A stretch of DNA of 64,000 nt from Fibrobacterota bacterium (GTDB taxonomy: Bacteria > Fibrobacterota > Fibrobacteria > UBA11236), in the NCBI GenBank assembly GCA_947482115.1, contig CANKII010000004.1, positions 133,304-197,303 of the forward strand, in the 5' to 3' direction. Each line of letters begins with the position of its first letter. The first letter of the stretch is position 1. The position numbers and the translations under genes are program-made. The notes under the pieces were generated by a model. It did no database searches. It saw nothing but the letters and a program-made list of their open reading frames with translations, and was not told where the DNA came from. This document shows, in pieces, positions 38,042 through 48,956 of this stretch.

Positions 38042-40705
38042 TTACTTGCGGGCCGGAACCGGTTTTAACCGGCGGTTATCCCACCATACCACGAAGGGAC
38101 AGGCGACCGCGATGGTGGAATACGTTCCCACCACCACACCGATAATCATCGCGATGCTGAAGTCGCGCACTTCGGAAGCTCCCATCACCGCCAGAATAAA
38201 CACCGTGAAGAACACGGTGACGTGGGTGATGACGCTTCGGCTCAAGCACTGGTTGTTGGCGGCATTCACCCGCACAGCGAAGCTTTCTTTCAAACTGGCC
38301 GTTCCGCTCAACTCGCGAATACGGTCAAAGATGATGATCGAATCGTTAAGGGAATACCCGATGATGGTCAGGATGGCGGCCACAAAATCCAGCGAAATGG
38401 AACGGCCGAACAGGGCGAAAATACCCAGGGTGATGAGCGCGTCATGGACAATACCCAATACGCCGCCCAATCCGAACCCCAGACCGTTGCGACCGAAACG
38501 GAACCAGATGTAAAGCACAATCAGGATCAGTGACGCGAGAATGGACCACAGTGCGGACATGCGCAAATCACTGCCCACCGAAGGACCCACCGTATCTTCA
38601 CCTTCCACCAAACCGGTTCCGACGGCTTCCTTAATCTGCGCCTTGGCAAGGGAGTCATCGCTGACCTTCGCCACGGAAATGAGAATGCGATTTTCACTCA
38701 GGGAGCCCACGGTTTGAACCTGGGGATGTTCGAGACCCTTGGATTCCACGTCGTGACGGATTTTTTCCAGGTCAGGAGTCTCCTGAAACCGCACCTGATA
38801 AACATGGCCACCGGTGAAATCAATGCCGAAGTTGAGGCCGCGCACCGCAATGGCACCGAGAGCCACGGCCAGAATCGCAACCGAAATTCCCACATAATAG
38901 CGCGACCACGGAATGACTTTGATGTCCACCTTGTGGAACCAGGAAATGCCGTTGCCAATGCTGAGTTCCTTGACTTCGCGGCGTGCAAGGATGTAATCGA
39001 ATATCAACCGCGTCACAACAATGGCCGTGTACATGGAGGCGGACAGACCGACCATCAGCGTCAAACCGAATCCCTTGATGGGACCCACGCCGACATAATA
39101 AAGGATCGCGGCCGTGCCGAGAGTGGTGACGTTGGAATCGAGAATGGCGCTGAAAGCTTTTTTATAACCAATATCCACGGCCGTTCGGGGGGACTTCCCC
39201 AGCCTCAATTCTTCACGAATGCGCTCAAAGATCAGCACGTTGGCATCCACGGCCATACCAATCGTAAGCGCAATACCGGCAATGCCGGGTAAGGTCAAAG
39301 TGGCATGGAATGCGGAGAGCACCGCGAAAAGAATGATGATGTTCAGAAGCAGGGCCAAGTCCGCAATGAGACCGGCACCCTTGTAATACACCACCATGAA
39401 GGCCGCGACAAGAATCAATGCGGCAAAGGCCGCCATGAGACCCTTGTGAATGTTTTCCTCGCCCAGGCTTGGGCCGACGGATCGCAACTCGACGATTTTC
39501 ATCGGTGCGGGCAAAGATCCTGCGCGCAAGGTGATTGCGAGCTGCTTGGCTTCAACGATGTCCTTGACACCGGTGATTTGCGCCCGACCATTGGGAATGC
39601 GGCCTTGAATGACGGGGGCCGAATAAACCACCGAATCCAATACGATGGCCAATTGGCGGGTGATGTTGGCACCGGTGACACGGGCAAATTCCTTGGGTCC
39701 GAGCCCCTTGAAAGTCAAGTCGACTTCCAGCTCGCCCGCCCTCATCCCACCCTGCGAATGGGAGAATTGGGCATCGGCAATGTCCGTACCGTTCATTTCG
39801 GCGCGATGCTTGACCATGTAAAGACGTCGAATTTTGCGGCCACCGCCCAAATCTTCAATGTCGCGCCCCCACAGAAACTGGTAACGGGCGGGAATGATTT
39901 CACGCACCGTGGAATCTTCCAGAAAGCGTTTAACCTTGTCCACATTGTCGGTGGAAACGCCGATGTCGCGGCCAATTCCAATCAACATGGAAGTGAAGGG
40001 GCGATCCTTGAAGGTGGCATCTCCTGCAACCGTGTCTGCAACGGTATCGGTTTTAGCCAGGGCGGTGTCATTTTTCTTTGACGTGTCCGGAGCAGCCGAA
40101 ACCGTCTTCGAAGTATCGCCAGCCCTGTCCACAACCTGACCAAAAACGTTTTCGAGTTGCGAAGAGGGTTTGACGGGAACGGCTTCACCGGGCTTGATAC
40201 CCTTGTTGCGAGCGGCCAAAAATGCGTCCAGACGATCCAGCACCGGCTTGAATTCCTGCGGTTCCGGGACCAGCTTGAACTCCAGCAAGGCAGTGGCACC
40301 GATCAAGTGACGTGCATCTTCGGCATCCATGCCGGCCAGGTCGGCAACGATGCGGCTGGTCCCGGATTTGACAATGATGGGCTCGCTCAAACCGTATTGG
40401 TCAACACGGTTGCGCAGAATTTCGAGGCAGCGATCGAGCACATCGCGCTGCGCCGATTCATCCAACTTGGACTTGTCGACTTCGACGATGATATGCGTGC
40501 CGCCTGCGAGGTCGAGCCCCAGATTCAAAGCCTTGCCGGCAATGGTGGGATGCTCTTTCTTGTAAATCTCGCGCGTCCGCTGATCAAGCGGCAGGTTCGC
40601 ATCGTTGCTCTTGGTGAAGACGAGCAAGGTGGGCACCAAGCTCCAGATGCAGAGCAACAGCGCTCCGATCAGGACGATAGTACGCAGGCCGGTTTCCCTT
40701 TTCAT
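38042..40705 (-). CDS. secDF: protein translocase subunit SecDF (fused)
   Basis: 887 aa with SecD periplasmic domain plus 6 TM, followed by a SecF module. Confidence 0.9.
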   Translation of the reverse strand: MKRETGLRTIVLIGALLLCIWSLVPTLLVFTKSNDANLPLDQRTREIYKKEHPTIAGKALNLGLDLAGGTHIIVEVDKSKLDESAQRDVLDRCLEILRNRVDQYGLSEPIIVKSGTSRIVADLAGMDAEDARHLIGATALLEFKLVPEPQEFKPVLDRLDAFLAARNKGIKPGEAVPVKPSSQLENVFGQVVDRAGDTSKTVSAAPDTSKKNDTALAKTDTVADTVAGDATFKDRPFTSMLIGIGRDIGVSTDNVDKVKRFLEDSTVREIIPARYQFLWGRDIEDLGGGRKIRRLYMVKHRAEMNGTDIADAQFSHSQGGMRAGELEVDLTFKGLGPKEFARVTGANITRQLAIVLDSVVYSAPVIQGRIPNGRAQITGVKDIVEAKQLAITLRAGSLPAPMKIVELRSVGPSLGEENIHKGLMAAFAALILVAAFMVVYYKGAGLIADLALLLNIIILFAVLSAFHATLTLPGIAGIALTIGMAVDANVLIFERIREELRLGKSPRTAVDIGYKKAFSAILDSNVTTLGTAAILYYVGVGPIKGFGLTLMVGLSASMYTAIVVTRLIFDYILARREVKELSIGNGISWFHKVDIKVIPWSRYYVGISVAILAVALGAIAVRGLNFGIDFTGGHVYQVRFQETPDLEKIRHDVESKGLEHPQVQTVGSLSENRILISVAKVSDDSLAKAQIKEAVGTGLVEGEDTVGPSVGSDLRMSALWSILASLILIVLYIWFRFGRNGLGFGLGGVLGIVHDALITLGIFALFGRSISLDFVAAILTIIGYSLNDSIIIFDRIRELSGTASLKESFAVRVNAANNQCLSRSVITHVTVFFTVFILAVMGASEVRDFSIAMIIGVVVGTYSTIAVACPFVVWWDNRRLKPVPARK

Positions 40706-40841
40706 ATGACCTAAATCCTTGGAGGAAAAAAACGTGATGACGATCGGCTCACCATGCTGCTAAAGACAGGCATGGTAAGGAGTTATACGCCGCTTTCAAA
40801 AAAGCCGTTGGAATATAACAACTGGCCCGGGGTTTCCGGGC

Positions 40842-41591
40842 TTAAAACGGCTTTTCAGCCTTTTTTAAGGCGTGGGCATTTAAGAGGATGAGAAACTCGG
40901 GAAGGGTACGGAGGGAGGCCAAGTCAGGATCCTTCTCCATCCATTCGAAATCGCAGAATCCCTTGGACAAGGCCGCTTCCAAGACAACAAAGGCTTTAGC
41001 GGAATGCCCGGACAAGGCCCAATAGCAAGCCAAGTCATAATGGGCGGGAGCAAAATCGGGATCTATCAACAAAGCACTTTCAATCGCTTCAATGCTTTGG
41101 GCCAAATGTCCCTCCAGCTTGGCGATGGACCCCAACAGGATTAAAGCCGGGGAAAATTCGTGATTGTATTCAAGGGATTTTTTGCAGTGGGTCTCGGCTT
41201 CTTCCAGCCTTCCCAGACTTTTCTGAACACCCGCCAGACAAAAATGGGTTTCAAAAGTTTCCAATCCCGCTTCGATGGCACGATTCAAGCAGGCACAGGC
41301 TTCCTCATACAGGCAGGCATCGGCATATTCCAGTCCCTGATGAAACCAACGCTTACCGTCTTCCGGAAGCAAGGTTTCTCCCTCCACCTTGACCGCGAAC
41401 GAGTTCTCGATCAAATTCATGGCAGCAGGGATTTTACCGGCGGTAAAGAGCAAATCGGAAAGTTCGCGATACAAATGCGGGGCATCGTGGCCCTGCCACT
41501 TCTCGCGCAGTCCCTGAATTTCTTCCCGCAGCAAAGATGGACTCATGAAAAACCAACCCCCGAGGGAATAATCTAATACGCCTGGATTCAC
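40842..41591 (-). CDS. TPR repeat protein
   Basis: Repeated TPR helices (...LEEAETHCKKSLEYNHEFSPALILLGSIAKLEGH...). Confidence 0.5.
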   Translation of the reverse strand: MNPGVLDYSLGGWFFMSPSLLREEIQGLREKWQGHDAPHLYRELSDLLFTAGKIPAAMNLIENSFAVKVEGETLLPEDGKRWFHQGLEYADACLYEEACACLNRAIEAGLETFETHFCLAGVQKSLGRLEEAETHCKKSLEYNHEFSPALILLGSIAKLEGHLAQSIEAIESALLIDPDFAPAHYDLACYWALSGHSAKAFVVLEAALSKGFCDFEWMEKDPDLASLRTLPEFLILLNAHALKKAEKPF

Positions 41592-41614
41592 TCCACTAAT
41601 CCTATTTTCAAAAC

Positions 41615-42946
41615 ATGGAAAATTTGCTTGCCGCCCGTGCGCAGATGGCCCTATCCCTCGGATTTCACATCATTTTCGCCTCCATCGGCATGGCCATGCC
41701 ATTTTTGATGGCCATTTCCCATTACAAATGGCTTCGTTCGGGTAAACAGGTGTTCTTCGACATCAGCCGGGCCTGGTCGCGCGGTGTGGCCATTTTCTTC
41801 GCCACCGGAGCGGTGTCGGGTACGGCCCTGTCTTTTGAACTCGGACTGCTGTGGCCCAAGTTCATGCAGCATGCCGGGCCGATTATCGGGATGCCTTTCT
41901 CATGGGAAGGCACGGCTTTTTTTGTGGAGGCCATTGCACTCGGCCTCTTTCTTTACGGACGCAAGCGATTGCCACGCTGGATACACTGGGGCGTCGGAGT
42001 CGTGGTGGGAATTTCTGGGGTTCTTTCCGGAATTTTTGTGGTATGTGCGAACGCATGGATGAATAATCCCGCAGGTTTCGATTGGGTCAATGGACAAGCT
42101 GTAAACATCGATCCCATGCGGGCTATGTTCAATCCTGGATGGAGGACCGAAGCGTTGCACATGATTCTCGCCGCATTCGAAGCCACGGGTTTCGCCGTGG
42201 CGGGAATTCACGCCTTTCTTCTCATCCGAAGCCGCGGCAGCGTCTTTCATCGCGAAGCTTTTAAAATCGCGATGTTGGTGGGAGCGATTGCGGCTTTGTT
42301 GCAACCCTTGAGCGGAGATCGTCTGGCCAAGGGAACTGCGCAACACCAGCCGCTTAAGCTGGCTGCGATGGAATCCCATTTTGAAACTTCCACTTATGCC
42401 CCCATCATTGTCGGTGGAATTCCGGACAAGAAAACAGAACGCGTTCGTTTTGGAATTCCCATTCCCGGATTATTGAGCTTTCTGGCCAAGGATGATTTCA
42501 GCGCCGAAGTCAAGGGGCTCGATGCTTTTCCCAAAGACGAATGGCCGCCGTTAGTTCCGGTGCATATCGCTTTTCAAATCATGGTGGGATGCGGAACAGC
42601 ATTGGCAGGACTGTCACTCCTCTTCCTGTTTTTTCTTTTTCGCAATCCTTCACGGCTTGCACATAAGCGTTTTCTGATGCTGGCGGTGCTTGCCACGCCA
42701 CTGGGATTTCTCGCATTGGAAGCCGGGTGGACAGTGACCGAGGTGGGACGCCAGCCGTGGATCATTTACGGAATCATGAAAACAGCGGACGCTGTCACAC
42801 CCATGCCGGGACTGCAATATCCCTTTTTCATGTTCGCCGTGATTTATGTCTTTCTCTTCGGCGTGGTTAGCTGGTTGATGCTGCGCCACATTAACGCTGT
42901 GGCCCAAGATTACCCTTCCTCCGCTAATGAGGATGTCCATGCTTGA
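41615..42946 (+). CDS. cydA: cytochrome bd ubiquinol oxidase subunit I
   Basis: ...GFHIIFASIGMAMPFLMAI... with Q-loop architecture. Confidence 0.9.
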   Translation: MENLLAARAQMALSLGFHIIFASIGMAMPFLMAISHYKWLRSGKQVFFDISRAWSRGVAIFFATGAVSGTALSFELGLLWPKFMQHAGPIIGMPFSWEGTAFFVEAIALGLFLYGRKRLPRWIHWGVGVVVGISGVLSGIFVVCANAWMNNPAGFDWVNGQAVNIDPMRAMFNPGWRTEALHMILAAFEATGFAVAGIHAFLLIRSRGSVFHREAFKIAMLVGAIAALLQPLSGDRLAKGTAQHQPLKLAAMESHFETSTYAPIIVGGIPDKKTERVRFGIPIPGLLSFLAKDDFSAEVKGLDAFPKDEWPPLVPVHIAFQIMVGCGTALAGLSLLFLFFLFRNPSRLAHKRFLMLAVLATPLGFLALEAGWTVTEVGRQPWIIYGIMKTADAVTPMPGLQYPFFMFAVIYVFLFGVVSWLMLRHINAVAQDYPSSANEDVHA

Positions 42947-43973
42947 CCTGGTGACAAATCAACCCATTACGCTTTGGATCGTCATTGGATTTTTAGCGGT
43001 GTCGCTGCTGCTGTATTGTCTGCTGGGCGGTGCGGATTTTGGCGCGGGCGTGCTGGAAATTTTTCTCCGCAAAAGACAACGGGTGGAACAACACAAGATC
43101 ATTGAAAAGGCCATGGGACCCGTGTGGGAAGCAAATCACATGTGGTTGATTTTGATGGTGGTGATCCTGTTCATGGGATTTCCTGAAGTGTACAGTCTTA
43201 TTTCCATCCATTTGCATTTGCCGCTCACCGCCATGCTCATCGGCATTATCGCAAGAGGTTGTTCGTTCACCTTCCGGCATTACGATGCAAAGAAAGGCCG
43301 CTCGCAAAAATCCTACGCGGTCTTTTTCATCTTCTCCAGCGTGTGGACTCCGCTTTGTTTGGGAATTGTGATGGGCTCTTTGATTCCGGGTGGGATACAT
43401 CCCGTCTACGCAACATACCGCGAAGGATTCATCGATTCCTGGTTTCGCCCTTTCCCGCTGGCTTTGGGACTGTTCACCGTTTGCCTGTTTACTTTTTTGG
43501 CGGCGGTGTTTTTGATCGGCGAAAGTCCGGCGGGTGAAATTCGAACCTCATTCACACGACGGGCGCGCGTTGCCAGCATTGTCACCGTATTGGCTGGAGG
43601 CGTGGTCTTCTTTGCGGCGCAACTGGACGACATCATTCTCATCCCGCGTTTTCTCCATTCGGCCATTGCAACAGCGTGCATGATTCTGGCGACGATCTCG
43701 CTGCCGTTTTTCTGGATGGGACTTCGCAAAGAATGGATTTGGACAGTGCGCTCGCTTGCGGGAATCCAGGTGGTTTTGATTTTATCGGCGTGGTTATGGA
43801 TTCAGTTTCCCGTGCTGGTGCATCTTCCGGGCGGTGATTTGACTTTATTCAATTCCCACGCGCCTGACCGCACCTTGTTCCAACTCGCTGCTGCACTTTT
43901 GGTAGGTTCTGCGTTCATTCTTCCTTCCCTGTTTTATTTGTTTCAGGTGTTTAAACTGGACGAGGAAGATTAG
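42927..43973 (+). CDS. cydB: cytochrome bd ubiquinol oxidase subunit II
   Basis: ...LWIVIGFLAVSLLLYCLLGGADFGAGV... It overlaps the cydA end. Confidence 0.85.
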   Translation: MRMSMLDLVTNQPITLWIVIGFLAVSLLLYCLLGGADFGAGVLEIFLRKRQRVEQHKIIEKAMGPVWEANHMWLILMVVILFMGFPEVYSLISIHLHLPLTAMLIGIIARGCSFTFRHYDAKKGRSQKSYAVFFIFSSVWTPLCLGIVMGSLIPGGIHPVYATYREGFIDSWFRPFPLALGLFTVCLFTFLAAVFLIGESPAGEIRTSFTRRARVASIVTVLAGGVVFFAAQLDDIILIPRFLHSAIATACMILATISLPFFWMGLRKEWIWTVRSLAGIQVVLILSAWLWIQFPVLVHLPGGDLTLFNSHAPDRTLFQLAAALLVGSAFILPSLFYLFQVFKLDEED

Positions 43974-43981
43974 AGCGGATA

Positions 43982-44659
43982 TTACTCCTCCCCTGCCAAA
44001 TGACGCAACTGGACTTCATCGAGTACCATAAAATCTCCATTGCGGTCTTCAATCCATCCAGAACTTTCCCAACCGGCAAATACGCGTGACACGGTTTCTC
44101 TCGCCGTTCCTGCGAGTTCCGCGATGCGACGTTGAGTGGGGCGGTCGCGAAGCAACACGCAGCGACGACCCGCCGCATCCTTCAAGCGCGTGCCGCGTTC
44201 ATCCAGCATCGCCACCAAAATACTGGCCACACGACGCGGAACCTTTTGATTGCAAATCCCGGTCATGCGGCGATTGGATTGACGCAAACGATGCGAGATT
44301 CCCGCCAAGAAACCCAGCGCCAGTTCAGGCTTTTCACGAATACCGCGAAGCAAATCATCCTTATGCAGAATCAACAGACGGGAAGGTTTCGAGGCGCAAA
44401 CTGTGGCGCAATGCGGCCCCTCGCTGAATAATTCCATCTCTCCGGCCATGTCACCGGAGTACAAATTAGCCAGCAGCGACTCCGAGCCTTCGGCATTCTC
44501 CCAAATCACAGTGGCCTCCCCTTCCAGAATCACATAGAGAATTTTTCCTCCGGCTTCATCCTGACGAAGAAGGATGTCCCCCTTGTTCACCCGACGTTCA
44601 CGGGCAATTGCCGCCAGCTTCAACAAATCCGGGTCTGGCATGTGCGAGAACAAATCCAT
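43982..44659 (-). CDS. Crp/Fnr-family transcriptional regulator
   Basis: cNMP-binding beta-roll plus C-terminal HTH (...RRIAELAGTARETVSRVFAGWE...). The start is probably MDLFSHM. Confidence 0.75.
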   Translation of the reverse strand: MDLFSHMPDPDLLKLAAIARERRVNKGDILLRQDEAGGKILYVILEGEATVIWENAEGSESLLANLYSGDMAGEMELFSEGPHCATVCASKPSRLLILHKDDLLRGIREKPELALGFLAGISHRLRQSNRRMTGICNQKVPRRVASILVAMLDERGTRLKDAAGRRCVLLRDRPTQRRIAELAGTARETVSRVFAGWESSGWIEDRNGDFMVLDEVQLRHLAGEE

Positions 44660-44879
44660 TCCGCGTAGACATTCAAAAGTGGAAGCGCGCAAACCGCTTG
44701 AGTGAATGGCCTGGGCGTTGAAAGAAGTGGTGCGGGTTGAAACTGGGGCGACTTGTGGGATCATGATGTTTTCTCCGGCTGAGGGTTTCGGATGTCAGTT
44801 GCTGGTGTTTCCACCAGTCGCGACTTGGACGGAGTTGTTTGGATTGGGGTAACCGGAATCAAGCCGGTTTGTCGGGCAA

Positions 44880-44895
44880 GGTGATCATGATCACC
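44880..44895. promoter_or_regulatory. perfect 16-bp palindrome GGTGATCATGATCACC upstream of the Crp/Fnr-family gene (candidate Crp/Fnr-type operator)
   Basis: GTGAT-N4-ATCAC half-sites resembling FNR/CRP boxes. It lies about 220 bp upstream of the regulator start. Confidence 0.4.
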
Positions 44896-44929
44896 TACTT
44901 TACCTCAAGTGTGCGTCAGGTCTTCAGAA

Positions 44930-47900
44930 TCAATCTCTTTCAAAAACCTTATAAAGGGTCGGCAGCAGGAATAGCGTCAGTAGAGTCGAACTGATGAGGC
45001 CACCAATGACCACGGCGGCCAAAGGCTTTTGAATCTCGCTACCTGGGCCGGATGCAAACAGCATGGGTATCAATCCCAGCGCAGCCACACTAGCGGTAAT
45101 CAGCACGGGACGCAATCGCAATACCGCTCCCTTAACCACCGCCAACTCCACGTTGATGCCTTCTCTTCGCAGCTCATTAAAGTAGCTGACCATGACGATG
45201 CCGTTTAACACCGCAACTCCGAATAAAGCGATGAACCCCACGCTGGCGCTGACGCTCAAATTGAAATGACCAATGATCAAAGCCAGAATACCGCCGATAA
45301 GCGCAAAGGGAATGTTTAGGATGATAAGAACAGCCTGTTTAACGGAATTGAAGGAACCGAAAAGAAGCAGGAAAATCAGGGCGATGGTAATTGGTACCAC
45401 AATGGCAAAACGTTTCATGGCCCTCTGCTGGTTTTCGAACTGGCCTCCCCAAGTCATGATATACCCCGTAGGCAATTTCACGGCAGCATCCATTTTCCGT
45501 TGAGCTTCCTGAACGAAGCCGCCGATGTCGCGACCCACCACATTGCATTCAATGACGATGCGCCGTTGCGCCATCTCACGGCTGATTTGAGCAGGACCTT
45601 CCTCCACATAAACTCTGGCGAGTTCTCCCAAGGGAATAAGCGCTCCACTGGCGGAAGGAATCAAAATGTTTCGAATGGGTTCCACATCGTTGCGTGCCGC
45701 TTCTGGAAACCGGACGACCAATCCAAAAACCTTTTGCCCTTCATAAACCTTGGTGGCTTCCTTGCCACCGATGGCGGTTTCCACCACTTCCTGGATGTCC
45801 GAAACATTCACCCCATAGCGCGCGATTTTGGTTCGATCCATTTCGATTTCGAGATAAGCCAAACCATTTACCTTCTCCACATTGACATCGGCTGCGCCGG
45901 GGATCTTGCCCAATATCCGCGCCACTTTATCGGCTTGCTCTTTGAGTACGTTCAGATCTTCCCCGAATATTTTGATGCCGACAGCGGATTTCACACCACT
46001 CACCAATTCATCCACGCGCAATGCAATGGGCTGCGAAAAGCTGGAAGCCACACCGGGCAAATTCGCCAGGGCTTCACGCATCTTTTCGACCAGTTCCTCC
46101 TTGGTCTTTGCCGTTTGCCACTCCTCTTTGGGTTTAAGGGTCACAATCACATCGCTGATTTCCACACCCATCGGGTCGGAGGCAATATCCGCCCGGCCTG
46201 TTTTGGAAACCACGTCAATAACTTCCGGAAATTGCTTGAGGATTTTTTCAGCCCGTGTTTGCATGGCAAGTGATTGCGGCAGAGAGATGCTGGGAATACG
46301 AAAGGTCTGTACAGCGAGAGACCCTTCGTCCAAAGCAGGAAGGAATTCCGTTCCAATGAGGGGCACTAAAGCCAAAGACCCACCCAAAACGAATACAGCA
46401 GGAATGACTACGCGCCACGGATGCCGAACACAGGGTTGAAGGGTTTTCAAGTAAACCCGCTTGAGCCAGCGAATGTGGAAAGGATCATGCTCGTGTGGCA
46501 CTTGTCTGAGAAAAAATGTGCAGAGCATGGGAACAAAAGTCAAAGAAAGAATCAAGGAACCGAGGAGGCCAAAGGAAATGGTGAATGCCAGTGGGCTGAA
46601 CATTTTGCCTTCGAAACCTTCAAGGGTGAAGAGCGGCAGAAAGACCACAATGATGATGAAGATGCCGAAAACGATGGGGCGTCCCACCTCCTTGGCGGCA
46701 TAAAGCACGGTTTCGGTTTTGTTCACCTTGGAATGTTTTCCAGGATCTTTTTTTTCCGTGAGATGGCGGTGAATGTTTTCCACCATCACCACGGCACCAT
46801 CCACCATCATGCCAAGACCGATGGCCAAACCACCCAAGGACATGAGATTCGCGCTCAGTCCGAAAACCTTCATCATAATGAAGGCGAACAGCGCAGCCAA
46901 GGGCAACACCGCCGTCACAATCAGGGCGCTGCGAATATCCGCCAGCAGGATTATCAAAATGAAAAGAACGAATATCGCGCCTTCTTGCAAAGCTTTAGTC
47001 ACCGTGTGAATGGCTTTTTTAACAAGGTCGGTGCGATCATAGAAAGACACCAGTTTTACACCTCTTGGCAGCGCTTTTTGTATGACCGGCAATTTCTCCT
47101 TGACGGCATTGACCACATCCCTGCCGCTTGCTCCCTTGAGCATCAGCACGATACCGGCAACGGCCTCTCCCTCCCCATTCGCCGTAACAGCACCTTGACG
47201 CAAATCGGCCCCGATCTGCACATCAGCCACATCACGCACGAACAAAGCGGCGTGATTTCGGGTGGCAACCTTGATGTTGGCAATGTCTTCCACATTCCGA
47301 ACCAACCCCAGGCCACGGACAACGTATTGCTCGGATTTGTGTTCGATGAAATTGCCGCTGGCATTGGAATTATTCCTGGACAAGGCTTCAAAAATCTCCT
47401 GCAAAGTAATCCCGTAAGAGATCAGCCTGTCAGGACGCACGAGCACTTGATATTGTTTGACCAGTCCTCCGAATGAATTCACATCGGTGACTCCGGGAAC
47501 CGTGCGCAGAATGGGCCTCACGATATAGTCCTGCAGGGTGCGAAGTTCGGTCGCATCGTATTTTCCGTTTTCGCTGACGAGAGTGTATTGAAAAATCTCC
47601 CCCAGTCCGGTGGTGATGGGTCCGAGTCCCGCCTCCACCCCTGCGGGTAATTTGTCACGGGCGGCTTGCAATTTTTCCGAGACCAGTTGGCGCGCAAAGT
47701 AATCGTCCACTCCATCTTCGAATACCACGGTGATGGCGGACAAACCGATTTTGGAAACCGAGCGAACCTCGGTCAATCGTGGAAGTCCTGCAAGCTCTAT
47801 TTCGATGGGCCGGGTCACCAGCTTTTCCATCTCCGGGGGAGACATCCCCCCCGCTGTGGCCAAGACCTGCACTTGTACGTTCGTCACATCCGGAAAAGCA

Positions 47901-48010
47901 TCGATGGGAATTTGTTTGACGGCCAAAAGGCCCATGCCCAGAAGAAAAACGGTGCCAATGATCACCAGCAATCGCTGACGCACCGAGAAAGAGAGGATGG
48001 CGTTTAACAT
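44930..48010 (-). CDS. heavy-metal efflux RND permease, CzcA/CusA family
   Basis: N-terminus ...PIDAFPDVTNVQVQVLATAGGMSPPEMEK...FEDGVDDYFARQLVSEKL matches the HME-RND family. 1026 aa. Confidence 0.9.
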   Translation of the reverse strand: MLNAILSFSVRQRLLVIIGTVFLLGMGLLAVKQIPIDAFPDVTNVQVQVLATAGGMSPPEMEKLVTRPIEIELAGLPRLTEVRSVSKIGLSAITVVFEDGVDDYFARQLVSEKLQAARDKLPAGVEAGLGPITTGLGEIFQYTLVSENGKYDATELRTLQDYIVRPILRTVPGVTDVNSFGGLVKQYQVLVRPDRLISYGITLQEIFEALSRNNSNASGNFIEHKSEQYVVRGLGLVRNVEDIANIKVATRNHAALFVRDVADVQIGADLRQGAVTANGEGEAVAGIVLMLKGASGRDVVNAVKEKLPVIQKALPRGVKLVSFYDRTDLVKKAIHTVTKALQEGAIFVLFILIILLADIRSALIVTAVLPLAALFAFIMMKVFGLSANLMSLGGLAIGLGMMVDGAVVMVENIHRHLTEKKDPGKHSKVNKTETVLYAAKEVGRPIVFGIFIIIVVFLPLFTLEGFEGKMFSPLAFTISFGLLGSLILSLTFVPMLCTFFLRQVPHEHDPFHIRWLKRVYLKTLQPCVRHPWRVVIPAVFVLGGSLALVPLIGTEFLPALDEGSLAVQTFRIPSISLPQSLAMQTRAEKILKQFPEVIDVVSKTGRADIASDPMGVEISDVIVTLKPKEEWQTAKTKEELVEKMREALANLPGVASSFSQPIALRVDELVSGVKSAVGIKIFGEDLNVLKEQADKVARILGKIPGAADVNVEKVNGLAYLEIEMDRTKIARYGVNVSDIQEVVETAIGGKEATKVYEGQKVFGLVVRFPEAARNDVEPIRNILIPSASGALIPLGELARVYVEEGPAQISREMAQRRIVIECNVVGRDIGGFVQEAQRKMDAAVKLPTGYIMTWGGQFENQQRAMKRFAIVVPITIALIFLLLFGSFNSVKQAVLIILNIPFALIGGILALIIGHFNLSVSASVGFIALFGVAVLNGIVMVSYFNELRREGINVELAVVKGAVLRLRPVLITASVAALGLIPMLFASGPGSEIQKPLAAVVIGGLISSTLLTLFLLPTLYKVFERD

Positions 48011-48013
48011 CGA

Positions 48014-48955
48014 TTATTCCTCCCCCAACTCGCCCTTGAGCATTTCAGACTTCAGGGTGAAGCTGCCTTCGGTCACGATTTTTTCTCCCGCTTTAATGCC
48101 CTCCAAAATCTGAACACGATCATCCTGCTCATGCCCCAATTTCACCACACGTCTTTCAAACCGGTTTCCATCCAAAGCCACAAATGCGATTTGTTCCTTG
48201 CCGTCCGTTTGCAAAGCCATGGCGCTGATGATAAGCGCATTGCGAAGAACCTCGGTGGTAATCACCATGTCCGCGAACATTCCCGGCTTCAGCTTCCCGT
48301 TTTTGTTGTCGATCTCAACACGAATCTCGAAAGTCCGGGAATCCGTTTCCACCGCGCCGCCGATTCGCGCGATATTCCCGTGGAAAATTTCATCAGGATA
48401 GGAGAGAACCGTGAAATCGACTTTTTGACCGTCATGAACCAAGGCCACATCCCGCTCTCTCACCTCTCCAATAAGCCAAATATGCGAAGGATCACTCAAG
48501 GAATAAATCTCCTGGCCCTTTCCCACCAGTTCACCCAAGGTCACGGATTTCTCCGTCACCACGCCCGCAACCAGAGCACGAAGCAGCAAGGGTTTATCCA
48601 ATAACTCCGGTGATTCCACTTGGCCCATGATGGCTCCCTCGGAAACTTGATCCCCCAAATCGAAGATCAACTTGGCAATCCTTCCTTCCAACGTGGCCGA
48701 AACTTTGGCCGTCCTGTTCAAGTCCGGGCTTGTCCGTCCCGGCACCTTCAGTTTCCGTTCGAGCGATCCGATCACGGCCATTTCCGTCTTGAGATCGAGA
48801 TTTTTCAAACTCTCTTCCGACAAGGTGACGATATTTTTTTCATGGTGCGTTTTCGCGCCGGAGTCGCCCTCTTCGGCACTTTCCTTTTTTCCACAGGCGC
48901 ATAACACCAGCAGCGAAACGACCAGCAGCAATAATCTGTTCTTTTGGTTGTTCAT
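48014..48955 (-). CDS. RND efflux periplasmic adaptor (membrane fusion protein) lipoprotein
   Basis: Lipoprotein signal ...LLVLCACGKK plus a biotinyl/HlyD-like barrel-sandwich. Confidence 0.85.
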   Translation of the reverse strand: MNNQKNRLLLLVVSLLVLCACGKKESAEEGDSGAKTHHEKNIVTLSEESLKNLDLKTEMAVIGSLERKLKVPGRTSPDLNRTAKVSATLEGRIAKLIFDLGDQVSEGAIMGQVESPELLDKPLLLRALVAGVVTEKSVTLGELVGKGQEIYSLSDPSHIWLIGEVRERDVALVHDGQKVDFTVLSYPDEIFHGNIARIGGAVETDSRTFEIRVEIDNKNGKLKPGMFADMVITTEVLRNALIISAMALQTDGKEQIAFVALDGNRFERRVVKLGHEQDDRVQILEGIKAGEKIVTEGSFTLKSEMLKGELGEE

Positions 48956-48956
48956 G

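Noticed and set aside
46421-47476. 351-aa plus-strand ORF
   Set aside because: Antisense shadow of the RND permease.
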